A stretch of DNA of 63,536 nucleotides, the filler included, from Pelomyxa schiedti (lineage: Eukaryota; Protista; Evosea): NCBI GenBank assembly GCA_020536535.1. It is 8 parts of 8 records of this genome, joined end to end, with 100 filler letters (N's around TTAATTAATTAA, not from the genome) between each part and the next. Parts side by side here need not be neighbours in the genome. Positions count along the whole stretch, not along the records: positions 1 to 5,025 come from JAHLWZ010001530.1; positions 5,126 to 16,816 come from JAHLWZ010001234.1; 6 more parts are not named here. The stretch is one strand, 5' to 3'. Both the position numbers and the translations under genes were made by a program. Every line of letters begins with the position of its first letter. Positions within the stretch are counted from its first letter, which is position 1. The notes below the pieces were generated by a model. That model was not told the origin of the DNA, searched no databases, and saw only the letters and a list, made by a program, of their open reading frames with translations. This document shows, piece after piece, positions 1 to 11,800 of the stretch.

Positions 1-333
1 AAAAGCAAATGGGAGAGTACCGCTTGCTCCTCCTCACCACTGGCGGCATGGCCTCCCCTCGTCGATTTCTTTTGTGATAATGAAAAGACACAAACCACTG
101 AACAATCGCCAAAACCCATTTATGTCAAGGCCGCACAGCCGCGGCGAGACCCGATTCAACGAACACACACGCCGCGCTGCCGCCGCGGCGCCGCGGCAAC
201 CGCCCCGCGGCACAAAACATCAACAAATCCCGGCAAAATCGGGCCGCTTCACCCTGCCTTGCTCACTAAAAAATTCTGTTTTTCTCATTTGACTCGCCCC
301 CCGGTGTAAATTTTCTCAGAAGTGCAAAACGAG

Positions 334-1605
334 ATGATGCTGAACGCACAGCGCGCACGCGAACAGGTCCTCGCACTGGTGATGGCATCCCACAATCGGT
401 GCGGTGCGTCGAGCCCCGCCCGCCACTTGGTGCGTGCGCTGCCGGACCTCGCCACGTCGCCATTGTGGGACTGGTGCCTCGGCCCCGACTCTGAGGTCGT
501 GTTCGGCCTGCTTGTCTCGACGCCCGAGTTCCACTCGAGCCACTGCTACTACACCTTCGGGGTGTCATCTACCCTTATGAGCGTGACCAGGGACATCGGG
601 TCAGTCGGGGGCAGGAGCCTGTGGAAGGGGAAGCAAACGGCGCCGAGCCACCTCACGCTGGCCGTCGACCCGGGCCACCTTGTGGTCACACAGTTTACCG
701 GGTACGGCAGGACCGGCTGGGCGTTCTCGCTGCTCGACGTGGTCACTCAGGAGCACAGGCTTCTGCTCAGCGAGAGAGTGACGCAATCGAGTCCACGGGT
801 TTATGCCAATCGCAAGTGGTTCCTGAGGTACCAGATAGAGGGGTCATTGGTCATTGTCAATTTGCAACAGCAGCAACAACCCCAACATGTGGAAATCAGC
901 GACATTCTGCGGTGTGACAAAGTCTTCCGTGGAGAGGTGATTACCTTCTTGGGAATCAGCATCAGTAATTATGTACCAGATGAAGCTGTGCTGTTGTATA
1001 ATGTGGGATTTGCGCGGGATCTGTTCCTTCTTTTGGTTGATGTCAGCAATACACACTCAACTGGTAATCTTTCTGTGCTGAGCTTGACTAAAGTCCTGTT
1101 GGATCGTTGCCCTGACACCTGTTATGGCATCTCATCGTGCCTTCTCATGAAGAAAGCCAATGGTGCCCGCGTTTTTATGTGCCCCTTTTTGGGTGCGCGT
1201 AGTTACACTGTGTTTGAAGTTGCAGAACGCGTGGGCACTGTCAAGCTTGTTTCCAGCAACAACATAGAGGGCTTGTCACAGCTGAGCACTTCTTTGTTTT
1301 GCACCTTGAAGGCTGATTATCACAATATCGAAATCTGGGACTGCAACAACATTGCCACTTGCAGTGATCGTGATGGGCAAGCAACACCACTGAGGGTTAT
1401 CAGCCTCTCACCTGTTGAACCTGATACTCTCCTTTTTGTGGAGGGAGCATCAGGTTTCCTCTTTCACAAACACGGAACCATGCTGTCCTGGCTGTCCTCC
1501 TCTGTGGATTTGAAAGACTCCACTGGCTTCCACATTTGCACCATCACTTTCCCCTCAAAACCTCAAAATATCACTGTGACCTCCTCCTCAAAGATCAACC
1601 TTTGA
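334..1605 (+). CDS. Intronless RCG/SPAR-motif family protein (member 1), function unknown
   Basis: Open ORF of 427 aa, first ATG at 334. N-terminal AREQVLALVMASHNRCGASSPARHL..LWDW; C-terminal LSQLSTSLF..EIWDCNN..PLRVI..SGFLF shared with other members in the window. Confidence 0.85.
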   Translation: MMLNAQRAREQVLALVMASHNRCGASSPARHLVRALPDLATSPLWDWCLGPDSEVVFGLLVSTPEFHSSHCYYTFGVSSTLMSVTRDIGSVGGRSLWKGKQTAPSHLTLAVDPGHLVVTQFTGYGRTGWAFSLLDVVTQEHRLLLSERVTQSSPRVYANRKWFLRYQIEGSLVIVNLQQQQQPQHVEISDILRCDKVFRGEVITFLGISISNYVPDEAVLLYNVGFARDLFLLLVDVSNTHSTGNLSVLSLTKVLLDRCPDTCYGISSCLLMKKANGARVFMCPFLGARSYTVFEVAERVGTVKLVSSNNIEGLSQLSTSLFCTLKADYHNIEIWDCNNIATCSDRDGQATPLRVISLSPVEPDTLLFVEGASGFLFHKHGTMLSWLSSSVDLKDSTGFHICTITFPSKPQNITVTSSSKINL

Positions 1606-1701
1606 ACCAATGCAAAAAAAGGATCAAACAGAAATGTAAGCATCTTCATTGTTGAAACAACTTGCTATGTTGTGCCGCTGATCTTTTTCGCACACGAGGA
1701 G

Positions 1702-2959
1702 ATGAACATGCTCCACGGTCAGCACGCACGTGAACAGATTCTGGCGTTGGTGATGGCGTCCCACAATCGGTGCGGCGCGTCGAGCCCCGCGCGCCACTTC
1801 GTTTCCCTCCAGCAGCCACCGGGCGCCACGTCGACGTCGCCATTGTGGGACTGGTGCCTCGGCCCCGACTCTGAGGTCGTGTTTGGCCTGCTCCTTTCCG
1901 GGCCGGGCTTCGACTCGAGCCACTGCTACTACACATTCGGCGTGTCGTCGGCACTGATGAGCGTGCCCGCGGTCACTCGGCGGCAACAGGAGCCTGTGGA
2001 AGGGGCGCCGAAACGCACCGAGCCAACTCACGCTGCCCGTCGATCCTAGTCACCTGCTGGTGGACGAAAATGACCGGGAACAAGAAGGCATTTGAGTTCT
2101 CGCTGCTGGGACGTGGCGACAGGCTTCTGCTCGGCGAGAGAGTGACCGAGTCTAGCCCACGGGTTTATGCCAATCGCAAGTGGTTCCTGAGGTACCAGAT
2201 AGATGGGTCATTGGGCATTGTCAATTTGCTGCCACTCCTGCAACAACAGCAGCTGCAACGGCATCAGCATGTTGAAGTCGGCGGAGTTCTTTGCTGTGAC
2301 AAAGTCTTCTGGGGAAAGGCGATTACCTTCTGGGGAATCAGCATCAGCAACTATGTACCAGATGAAGCCGTGGTGATGCTTTTTGTGGGAGTTTCACAGC
2401 CATTCCTACTTCTGGTAGATGTCAGCAAGACACACTCAACTGGTAAACTTTCTGTGTTGAGTGTTACTCAAGTTCTGTTGAAAGGCATACCATGTTACGG
2501 TCTCTCATCGTGCCTTCTCATGAAGAAAATAAATGGTGAGCGTGCTTTTATCTGCTCTTTTCTTGGTGTGGGTTCTTCCACTGTGTTTGAAGTCACAGGT
2601 GTTGGCACCTGCAAGCTTATTTCCAGCAACAATGCGGAGTGCTTGTCACAGCTGAGCACTTTCTTGATTTGTCTCTTGAAGGCAGATTATCGCACTGTTG
2701 AAATCTGGGACTGCAACAACACAATTGCAGTTGCTTGCAGTGACAATGGTGAAGCCACTGAGGGTTATTAGCATCAGCAACCTGGCTGTTTTGGAGCCCA
2801 ATTCTCTCCTGAGTTTTATTTGTGGAGAATCAGGTTTCCTCTTTCACCAACAGAGATCCAGCACGCGAGCCTCTGTGGAATTGCAAGACTGGTCATTTCC
2901 ACATTTGCACAATCACTTTCCCCTCAGAACCTGGAAATATCACTGTGACCTCCTCCTGA
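1702..2959 (+). pseudogene. Frameshifted tandem duplicate of member 1 (member 2)
   Basis: Collinear DNA similarity to 334-1605. The reading frame is broken near 1975, 2085, 2750 and ~2890 (ORF pieces 1672-2049, 2070-2771, 2698-). Confidence 0.8.
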
Positions 2960-3072
2960 CAGTTCCCCAAACGAGCGAGGCCATACAACAAAAACACGAC
3001 GTTCGGCAGAACGAAACACAGCCCTCCCGAAGTTTTTTGATGGGTTTTCCAAGGAAGAAGCCAACAGTGTTC

Positions 3073-4263
3073 TCACATAAACGCAATCACGTCAAAAAAC
3101 CCAATTTCAGCCGGAACATGGATCACACCAACATTGATGCCGGTGGATGTAGAAACCACCTCAACTCTGCCATCATCTTCATCATCTGCAACGTGTGTGG
3201 CCCCTTTGTTGTTGAGCTTCTGGAAGATAAACACTGGGCTCGCGGCGAGACCTGAGAAACCTGGGCTTCGTTCTATGACTCTGAGTGGCAGTGTCAGGTT
3301 GTTGCAATCCCAGATGTCAATGGGACCACCGCCCAGCCTCGTTGTTGAAAACAGGGAAGAACTCAGCTGTGATACGCTCTCGATTCCATGGGCAATTGGT
3401 GTCATTGTGCCGGTGGTCTCTAGGACTTCACAGAGATCGGCAGAATGCGTTGAGATAACGAGATGGACAAACAAAGCGCGCTGTCCAGTGGACTTCTTCA
3501 TTAATACACACGCTGCAATCTCACCTTCACAACCCCGACACGTTGTGCAGCTCAAAACCACAAGCTTCTTGGTTGTGTATGACTTCTCAACATCAATCAC
3601 TCTAAGGACCTGGCGCCCGCAATCATACAGAACCAGCACCGCCTCATCAGGAATCCTCATGCTTAAGGAAAGTGCGTAACAATACACTGAGGCTCCCTCG
3701 CGTTCCACAGCCACTTCCACCATGCTGCTGCATTCATCCATCGTGCTAGCAATTGTCAGCATGGATTGGTCATCGTAGTGCAGCCACCACTTCTCATTTC
3801 CGCAGTGCTCTGAAGAGTCACGGAACCGCCTGATCAGCAACAGCTTCTTCTCCAGAGTCACCGCGTTCACAAGTGAGTATCTCCGCTCTTGCTCTGTCAG
3901 AACCACTTTGTATGGACCGAGGGGAACTGGCACTGTGACCCTCGTGTGGTATGGCCAGCACGCGTGCAGCTTGAACTCCCTTGTGACTCCCATAAGTGCG
4001 CACGAAATGCCCACGGTGAAGTAGCACAGCCTCGCAAAACGGGGCACCTCGAGGAAAATAGACAGGACGACCTCGGAGTCTGGGCCGAGGCACCAGTCCC
4101 ACAATGGCGAGGACGACGTGGCGAGGAGGGCACGCACCAAGTGGCGCGCTGGGCTCGATGCGCCGCACCGATTGTGGGACGCCATCGCCAACGCCAGGAC
4201 CTGCTGTCGTGCACACGGGCACCCTGTAAAATCTCCTGTTATCATCCACTCATTGCCCGCCAT
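3073..4263 (-). CDS. Intronless RCG/SPAR-motif family protein (member 3)
   Basis: ARQQVLALAMASHNRCGASSPARHLVRALL..LWDWCLGPDSEVV; PDEAVL; VSQLSSSLF..DIWDCNN..PLRVI. Start ATG at 4263 or 4245. Confidence 0.85.
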   Translation of the reverse strand: MAGNEWMITGDFTGCPCARQQVLALAMASHNRCGASSPARHLVRALLATSSSPLWDWCLGPDSEVVLSIFLEVPRFARLCYFTVGISCALMGVTREFKLHACWPYHTRVTVPVPLGPYKVVLTEQERRYSLVNAVTLEKKLLLIRRFRDSSEHCGNEKWWLHYDDQSMLTIASTMDECSSMVEVAVEREGASVYCYALSLSMRIPDEAVLVLYDCGRQVLRVIDVEKSYTTKKLVVLSCTTCRGCEGEIAACVLMKKSTGQRALFVHLVISTHSADLCEVLETTGTMTPIAHGIESVSQLSSSLFSTTRLGGGPIDIWDCNNLTLPLRVIERSPGFSGLAASPVFIFQKLNNKGATHVADDEDDGRVEVVSTSTGINVGVIHVPAEIGFFDVIAFM

Positions 4264-4357
4264 CAAAGATGGGTTCCCTTTGTTTGTTAGGTGTTGCTTA
4301 AGCCCAGATTCTTCCGGTGAATCCCTTTTTCGGGAAGTCATCACTTCCACACAAAGT

Positions 4358-4420
4358 AGCGTGCGGACCTCTACGCACCCCACAGATTGTGGGGCGCCAT
4401 CATCAATGCCAGCATTGTTC
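4358..4420 (-). pseudogene. Decayed remnant of the family N-terminal motif
   Basis: Minus strand reads gaacaa-tg-ctggcattgatgatggcgccccacaatctgtggggtgcgtagaggtccgcacgc, i.e. EQ.LALMMAPHNLWGA*RSAR. It aligns codon by codon to EQILALVMASHNRCGASSPAR at 1732-1795. Confidence 0.65.
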
Positions 4421-4930
4421 TCCTGGCAATCGCCACACAGGAAGAAAACAAAAAAAGGATCCCGTAATTCAGTTTGGGAGATTCGATGGTAATGCCTTCA
4501 GTCTGATTGTGAGGCCTAACTTTCGGTTGGTTGGGAGTGCACAAAGTGCCTTCACTTCATCGCAAACTTTTCTAAACATCGTTAGTTAATGGCAAGTAGA
4601 CTATACCGACAGCAGGAGTACATCGTGATGTGATGCGTCAGCATTTCATCGCCATCGAGGCCACCCTCTAGACGCAATGTCCTGAGAGTGGCCTCAACAA
4701 ACCCTCCCGCCCTGTCCCACAATGGTGTCACCCTGCAAAGGGTGACGTTGGAGTAGGACTGGGGCACTTTTCAAAACAAAAACCCTGTGAAGCACGCGAC
4801 CACAACGACCAACCACTTTTTTTTTCCCTTGCTCTGTCTGCACTGAGAGTTTTGGTAATAATTCCCGATGTATCCTCAACAATTAAACAAGAAAAAGTGT
4901 TCCCAAAAACAAACAAAATTGCGTCATTTG

Positions 4931-5492
4931 TTATTTAAACAGTACAAAGCAGAGATGACTTGCGTACACACAGTGTTGGCTGTGGACTTGCTCTGCTTGT
5001 GTGATGTTGATGCTATTTACAGAGGNNNNNNNNNNNNNNNNNNNNNNNNNNNNNNNNNNNNNNNNNNNNTTAATTAATTAANNNNNNNNNNNNNNNNNNN
5101 NNNNNNNNNNNNNNNNNNNNNNNNNTACCGCACCCAAAATCAAGCACCCTAGCGGGGCCATCACCACCCCAATCCGCGCGCCCCAGCGCCCCCGCCCGGT
5201 ACACCCCCACCCCCACCCCTGTCCCCATCCGCGTCCCTCTCCCTTCCCCTTCCCCTTCCCCGTCATCCACCCCGTGGCCGTGGCCGTGGCCGCCGGTGGG
5301 CGGGGGCGTAGATAGCTGCTGGCTGAGCAGGGACCGCTTGAGTTCCACGATGGCAGGGGCGTGGCCGCTGGCCATCAGGGCCATGGGCCACACGCGGTGG
5401 GCGTCGCACACCCCTTGGTTGACGTGGTACTGTGTCTCGGGATTGGTCGTGGTGCAATCGACTGTGGTTGTTGCCGTTGTGGCGGTGCTCAT
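4931..5492 (-). CDS. Class I SAM-dependent methyltransferase, interrupted by assembly gap 5026-5125
   Basis: ATG at 5492; the ORF reaches motif I 'RVLDFGCG' at the gap edge. A plausible C-terminus (..YASHLCFVLFK*) lies at 4931-5025 across the gap, but the linkage is unproven. Confidence 0.65.
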
Positions 5493-5859
5493 TCGGTTGA
5501 TGCCGCTTCGGTGTGTTTTGTTTCCGGGTTTTTCACTGTAATTTTCGACCCGGGGAGAAACCAGGGCAATTCTGAGGCAAGTGGGGAGCGTCATTACTGT
5601 GGATGTGTGTCATGAGGCAATGATTCGGGATTAGCGTGAAGGAGTGCGAGAACGACCCCGCGGTTTTTCATACGAAAACGACAGTTTGCCGAAAATAACC
5701 TCGGTAGTTTTGAACCCCTGCGAAGAAAGGGGAAAAAAATCAAGGTGTAAAAAAACAAAACCATTTTGAAAGCCGTAAAAACAAAACAAAAAAAAAACCC
5801 AAAGACAAGCAACCACACCGACACCACCGGCACACACAGATCTCACACTGTAGTTGACG

Positions 5860-8800
5860 ATGGCGACAACCGCAACAACCGCGTCGCCCCCGGAAGGGTG
5901 TCAGGCGGACTTCAATAAATACTGCGTGTACCAAAGGACCGACCAATCACTCAACGTTCCAATGTCCAAGGTCGCTTTTTTTTTTTTCGGGTTTTTTATT
6001 TTATATTTTTTTTTGTTTGTTTCGTTTTTGGGGGCGACAAATGCTTGTCGTGTATCGTTACACAAACATTCTTTTGCTGATATTCTTGTTTCACAGGCCT
6101 GCGTTTGGTACCAAGTAAATACCACAAACAAGGAGACCAAAGAGGTATTTTCCGAGTTCGCTACTGGAGAGGTTATTTCTGAAACCCCCGATGATGCTCT
6201 CATCAGAACTGGAGAAGGCCAGGTCCGCCGCACATCTTTACAACCCTCAGCAAACACCAATTTTTGCAGGAAATACGAGTGAAAAAGACCATGATTTTCC
6301 CTCGCAACCCTGCTCGTTTTGATGGTGTGGACGATTGTGCAGAACTTGGTCAACTTAACGAACCTTGTGTCCTTTATAATCTTCGTCTCCGCTACAATGC
6401 TAACATTATCCACGTAAGTGAAGTTTTTCGTGGAGGGTTTCTTATGTTTCTTTTAAGACATACTCTGGTCTGTTTTGTGTGGTTATCAACCCCTACAAAC
6501 GGTTCCCAATCTACACACCGTTTATGATTGAGAGATACCGTGGAAGGAGGCGCAATGAACTACCACCACACATTTTCGCAATTGGAGATGGTGCGTACAG
6601 AGCCATGATGCAGAGCGAGAATCTACCAAATCAATCCATTCTGATCACGTGTGTTAAATATCCACTGGTAACGACAACTGATTTTTGATAGTGGTGAGTC
6701 TGGTGCCGGAAAGACCGAGAACACCAAGAAAGTTATTCAGTATCTTACCAACATTGCCGGTAAGGGCGACGCTGGGGCTTTGAGCCAGTTGGAGCGCCAG
6801 CTACTTGATGCCAACCCCGTGCTGGAGAGCTTTGGTAATGCTAAGACTTGCAGGAATAACAATTCCTCTCGATTTGTGCGTGTTTTCCTTCTCTGAGTAC
6901 TTGTAATCCCTTGGTAGGGAAAGTTCATCAAGATCTTCTTCACAACTGGTGGACACATCTGTGGTGGTAACATCAAAGATTACCTATTAGAGAAGTCTCG
7001 TGTCGTCTCCCAAGCTAACAACGAGAGGAACTATCACATCTTTTATCAGTTGATGGCCGGATCTTCTCCCGAATTGAAAAGTAACAGCCTTCACCCACTT
7101 TCAATCTTTCTGATGGTTTCTAGGGCAACTCAAATTGACAGGACCAAATGACTACTTCTGTGAGTATCCCTTCTTCCCATATCTTTCCATTTGGATGTCT
7201 AAACCTCCAAGATATGAACCAAGGAGGCAATCCAAACATTGCTGGTGTCGATGATGCAAAAGATTTCCAGGATCTTAAAAGGTCTCTCTCCACTATGAAT
7301 GTCAGTGAGGAAGAGCAATCTCAAATCTGGAACATCATTTCTGGTCTATTGCATCTTGGCAATGTTAAGTTCACTGAAGGGAGGGAGGGATGTGAGCTGC
7401 CGGATTCCACAGAACTTGAGCTTGCTGCTGAGATGTTCGGTGTGGGGTATGATGTTTTCAAGGAGGCCCTTATGAAACCAAAGACGGAAGTTCAAGTTGG
7501 TGGCAAAATTGAGCAGATGTGCCAGCACTTGACTATGGATAAAGCGTTTTCTTCCCGCAATGCTCTTGCTAGGACTATGTTCCAGCGACTCTTTAAGTGG
7601 ATAGTGTGGAAAATTAACAAAGAGTTGAATGCCTCTAGCTATGCCAGTTTCATTGGCGTTTTGGATATTGCTGGTTTTGAAATCTTCCCTCTCAACAGCT
7701 TTGAGCAACTGTATGTTTCCAAGTTCCCTTTTATTTTATTGACTTGTAAAAGTTGCATCAATTATACCAATGAGTGCCTTCAGCAGTTCTTCAACTTCCA
7801 TATGTTCACACTCGAACAGGAGGAGTACATGGCGGAAAAACTTGACTACACCCCCGAAAACTATGCCATGGACTCCCAGCCAGTTATTGATCTCATTGAA
7901 GAAAAGCCAGGCCCCCGAGCAGGTATTCTTGCCCTTCTGGATGAACAGTCTTTCCTGGGAGGCGCCGGTACGGATGATCAGTTCCTCCAGAAACTCTATG
8001 GCACATTCGGCCGGCGTGGGCGTGTGCCTCATTTCAAGTTCCATGTATGAGTTTCATTCATGAACCGGGGTTATTAACATGTTCTTTTAGGAGCCACAAT
8101 TCTCTGGTGCTAAGGAATTTGGTGTTGACCACTATGCTGGGCCTGTCAACTATTCCATTGTCGGTTGGATTGACAAAAACCGAGATCCTCTCACGTTGCA
8201 GCTGGAGAAGCACATGAGAACCAGCAACTACAAGCTTGTATCTCATATCTGGACCGAGCAGTTCGATCTTGCTGGTGGTTCTGCTGCAGCAACTGCCAGG
8301 AAGGGTGCAGGTTTCCAGACCGTTGGTGCTAAACATAAAGAGCAATTGAATGACCTGATGACTACCCTCAGGCGCACAACGCCTCACTTCGTGAGATGCA
8401 TTTTACCAAATAAGGAGCAAAAGGCCGCTCTTATGCAGTAAATTCACCTTCCTTACTTTCTCCAATCTCACTGTTGTAAGCTCCGATGTTGTATTGAAGC
8501 AATTGAAATGCAACGGTGTGCTTGAAGGTATTAGGATTTCTCGAAAAGGTTTCCCCAACAGGGTCATGTACGCTGAGTTCTTAAAGAGGTACCCCTTTCC
8601 TCCCTGAGATTTCGGCTTATGTGAAAAGGTACTACTTCTTGGCAACTGGTGTACCCCGAGCCACACCTGACACCAAAGCAACAGTTCAGATTCTTATGGA
8701 GCAGTTGCACACTCCAAAGGAAAGATACCAAATGGGGTTGACCAAAATCTTCTTCCGTACCGGAATGTTGGCTGAAATTGAGGAAATGCGTGAGAGAAAG

Positions 8801-11800
8801 ATTTCAGAGATGATCATTACACTTCAGGCGGCTTGCCGGGCCCTCCTGGGAAGGAAGAATTTCCTAGAACTTCGCAAGAAGACGATCGCCGTACTCACAA
8901 TCCAGGCCAACCTTCGCGCATGGATTCAGTTCAAGGAGTGGTCTTGGTGGAGGCTCTTCATGAAAATCCGTCCTCAGCTGAAACGTGTGAACTTGGATCT
9001 AGAGCTCAAGGTAAACAAACAAAAAACCCACTTCATTGCCTAACTGCACCTTTAGAAACTACAAAAAGAACTCGAAGTTGTTAAGGCTGAGAAGGACACC
9101 GAGGTGAAAAACAAGACCCAGGTTCTTTCTCAGTTGGCCGAGGCTGAGACCCAGATTGGCAATCTGAACAAGCAGATCACTGCAAGCCGGGGAGACATGG
9201 ATTCTCTTCAAGCAGAGAGGGATCGCTTGGAATCTGACAAGCGTGACCTCACCAACAAAGCCTCATCTCTTGATGATGACATAATGCATCTTAAACAACG
9301 AGAGCTCCAGGTGAAGGGAGAATTAGAGAAGCAGCTTGCCGAATACACAAAACTGGAGGACGAGCTTACTGTTGCCAAGAAGCAACAATCTCAACTTCAA
9401 GGAATGGTTGAGCGATTTAAAGGAATGCTTGGAGAAGCCAACAATGCAAATGATGAGTATGAAAAGGCCATCACTACTTTAGAGGCCAACAAAACCGACT
9501 TGACAAAACAAATTGCCGATCTGAACGGTGAAATTGACGAGTCCAATAAAATCAAAGTCCTTCTGGAGAAGACCAGAAGGAAATTGGAGACAGATATACA
9601 AGACCTGACTGCTGCTCTCAAGAAAGAAACTGGCGAAAAAACTGAAATTATTGCTGCCAAGAAAGCTCTTGAGGGTCAGCTTGTACAGTTGAACCAAAAT
9701 CTTGCCGGTGAACAAGCCAATTCACAGGCTTTACAAGGCAGTGTAAAGAAACTCGAAGGAATGCTCGCGGATATGACAGCGAAATTCGAGGCCGAAAAAG
9801 CCACTCACACAACTGTAGAAAAGACTCTCAAGGATACCAGCAATGAACTTGTTACAACTCGAGATGACTTAGAGTCCGAAAGGACGCAGCGCGCGACTCT
9901 CGAAGGTCAAAAGAGAAGTCTACAATCCGAACTTCAAAAGTTGCAAGAAGAAGTGGAAAAGGGCTTTGATCAGAGCTTGCAAACACAGGAATGGCGTAAG
10001 AAAGCCGAGTTCGAACTGGGTGAGCTTCGAAAAGAGATTGAAAGACTCACTGCCCTTGCCAACAAGCTGGAGAAAGAGAAGAAGGCACTTGAGCTCGAGC
10101 TTGCAGATGCCCGGAAGAACCTTGATGGCGCACTTCGTGATAAGGCTAATCTGGAGAGGGCCAAGAGAGGTGTCGACACAGAACTCGAATCACTTAAGGA
10201 GAAACTAGAAATTGCGGAACGCGAGAGGACACAACTCTCCCAAAATTCCAGGCGTTTGGCGTCTGAGGCAGTACAAGCCAAGGCTGCTTTTGATGACTTG
10301 ACTGCTACTAAAACAGTACGTCTTTAATTAAGGCACCTCTTTCTTACCTTCCACAGAATCTCGAGGCTTCCTTGAAGTCAACTGAATCTTCTCTTGCTGA
10401 AACCCACGAAGAGCTTGAGCAACTCAAGCGAGACAAAGAAGCTCTTGAGAAGAAGAAGTCTTCCATTGAGAGTGACCTGAAGACTATGACCGAGCAATTC
10501 GAGGACGAAAAGAAAAACAAGGAACAGCTGGATAGAAAGAAGCGTTCACTAGAAGAAGAGTTCGACCGACAACGCCAGGACTTGGAGCAGTCTGAGGGTG
10601 ATCTCCATCATGTAGAAGCTGAGCGAAAGACCCTCGCAGGAAAGGTGGATGACCTTGAGAAGAAGATAGCTGCCGAAACAGATGCCAAGAATCGCGCAGT
10701 CGAAACACAGAGGACTCAAATAAAGTCAATTGAGGACTTACGTCAAGAGCTTGAGGAGCTTGAAGCCACCAAGAGCAAACTTGCACGGGACAATGCTAAG
10801 CTTGGTTCAGAACTTGAAGCCGAGATCGAAGCCAAGGACTTCGAGAAAAAGAACTTCCTTGAACTCAAGAAGACTTTTGAGAGACTTTCTGCAGATTTCA
10901 AGGCAACCAAAGCAAAACTGGACGAGCAAACCGCTGCCGCTTCAGAGTACTTCGTGATGAAGAACAAACTGGAAACAGAGCTCGCCAACGTTAGCAGAGA
11001 CATCGAACTTCAGGATACAGCTCTCGCTGCTGCTAACAGAGCCAAGAAAGGACTTGAAGTTGAGGTTACGGGCCTTAAGGATCAACTTTCCGTTGTTGAA
11101 GCAGCTGCGTCAACTGCCAAGAACAAGATAAAGGAATTGGAGGGACAGGTTGCTGATCTACATCAACAAATCCTGGAGAAGGGTGATGGTGTTGATTCTG
11201 CAGTTGTTGCTGCCAAGGAGCAGGAAATTATGGACCTCAAGGCCAAATTGAAAACAGAGACGGATGCTAAGCAAACTACCGAAGAAAATCGAAAACAACT
11301 TCGCACAGAACTACAGGAAGCCAAGGCCGCTCTCGAAATCGCCAAAGCGAAGGAGGAAGGCTTCGAGCGTGCCAAGAGAAACCTTGAGCAAGAGGTTGCC
11401 GCTGCAAGGAGCAGTGCAGACCTTGCCGCAAAGAAAGCCAAGATGTCTGAGGAAATGATCCAGAATCTTCAAGCTAATGTAAAGGGCTTGAAGCTGGCTT
11501 CAATTGTCAGCTCTCAGGGAGAAGAGGCGCAACGGCTCGCGTATCAATCCAAAGAGCTCCTTGTTGCGCTTGATGAGCAGAAGAAACTTCTTGGAGACAG
11601 TGAAGTTGCCCGCAAGGCACTTGATGCACAGCTTGCTGAACTCAAAGCCCAACTTGTAGAAGAGGGACTTAACAGGGAGAAGCAACTTAAAGATAAGAGG
11701 ACCATTGAAGTTGCTCTGGAAGAAACCCGCGACCAACTGGAAGAAGCTGAGGAGCGAGCATCCGCAGGGGAAGAGGGCAAACGGAAAGCAGAGGTCGAAC

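Noticed and set aside
182-197. 16-bp perfect palindrome gccgcggcgccgcggc upstream of member 1
   Set aside because: Made only of G and C in a GC-rich low-complexity patch; chance occurrence is plausible and no second copy was seen.
4690-4810. Minus-strand TPLWDRAG and GRCGRVL peptides as another possible family remnant
   Set aside because: The pieces are in different frames and the wrong spacing; similarity is too short to support.
5070-5081. TTAATTAATTAA centred in N runs (also 16861, 27434, 33942, 51663, 58372, 60208)
   Set aside because: An identical 12-mer in the middle of 100-nt gaps is an artificial scaffolding linker with stops in all six frames, not a biological repeat. Adjacency across these gaps is also unproven.
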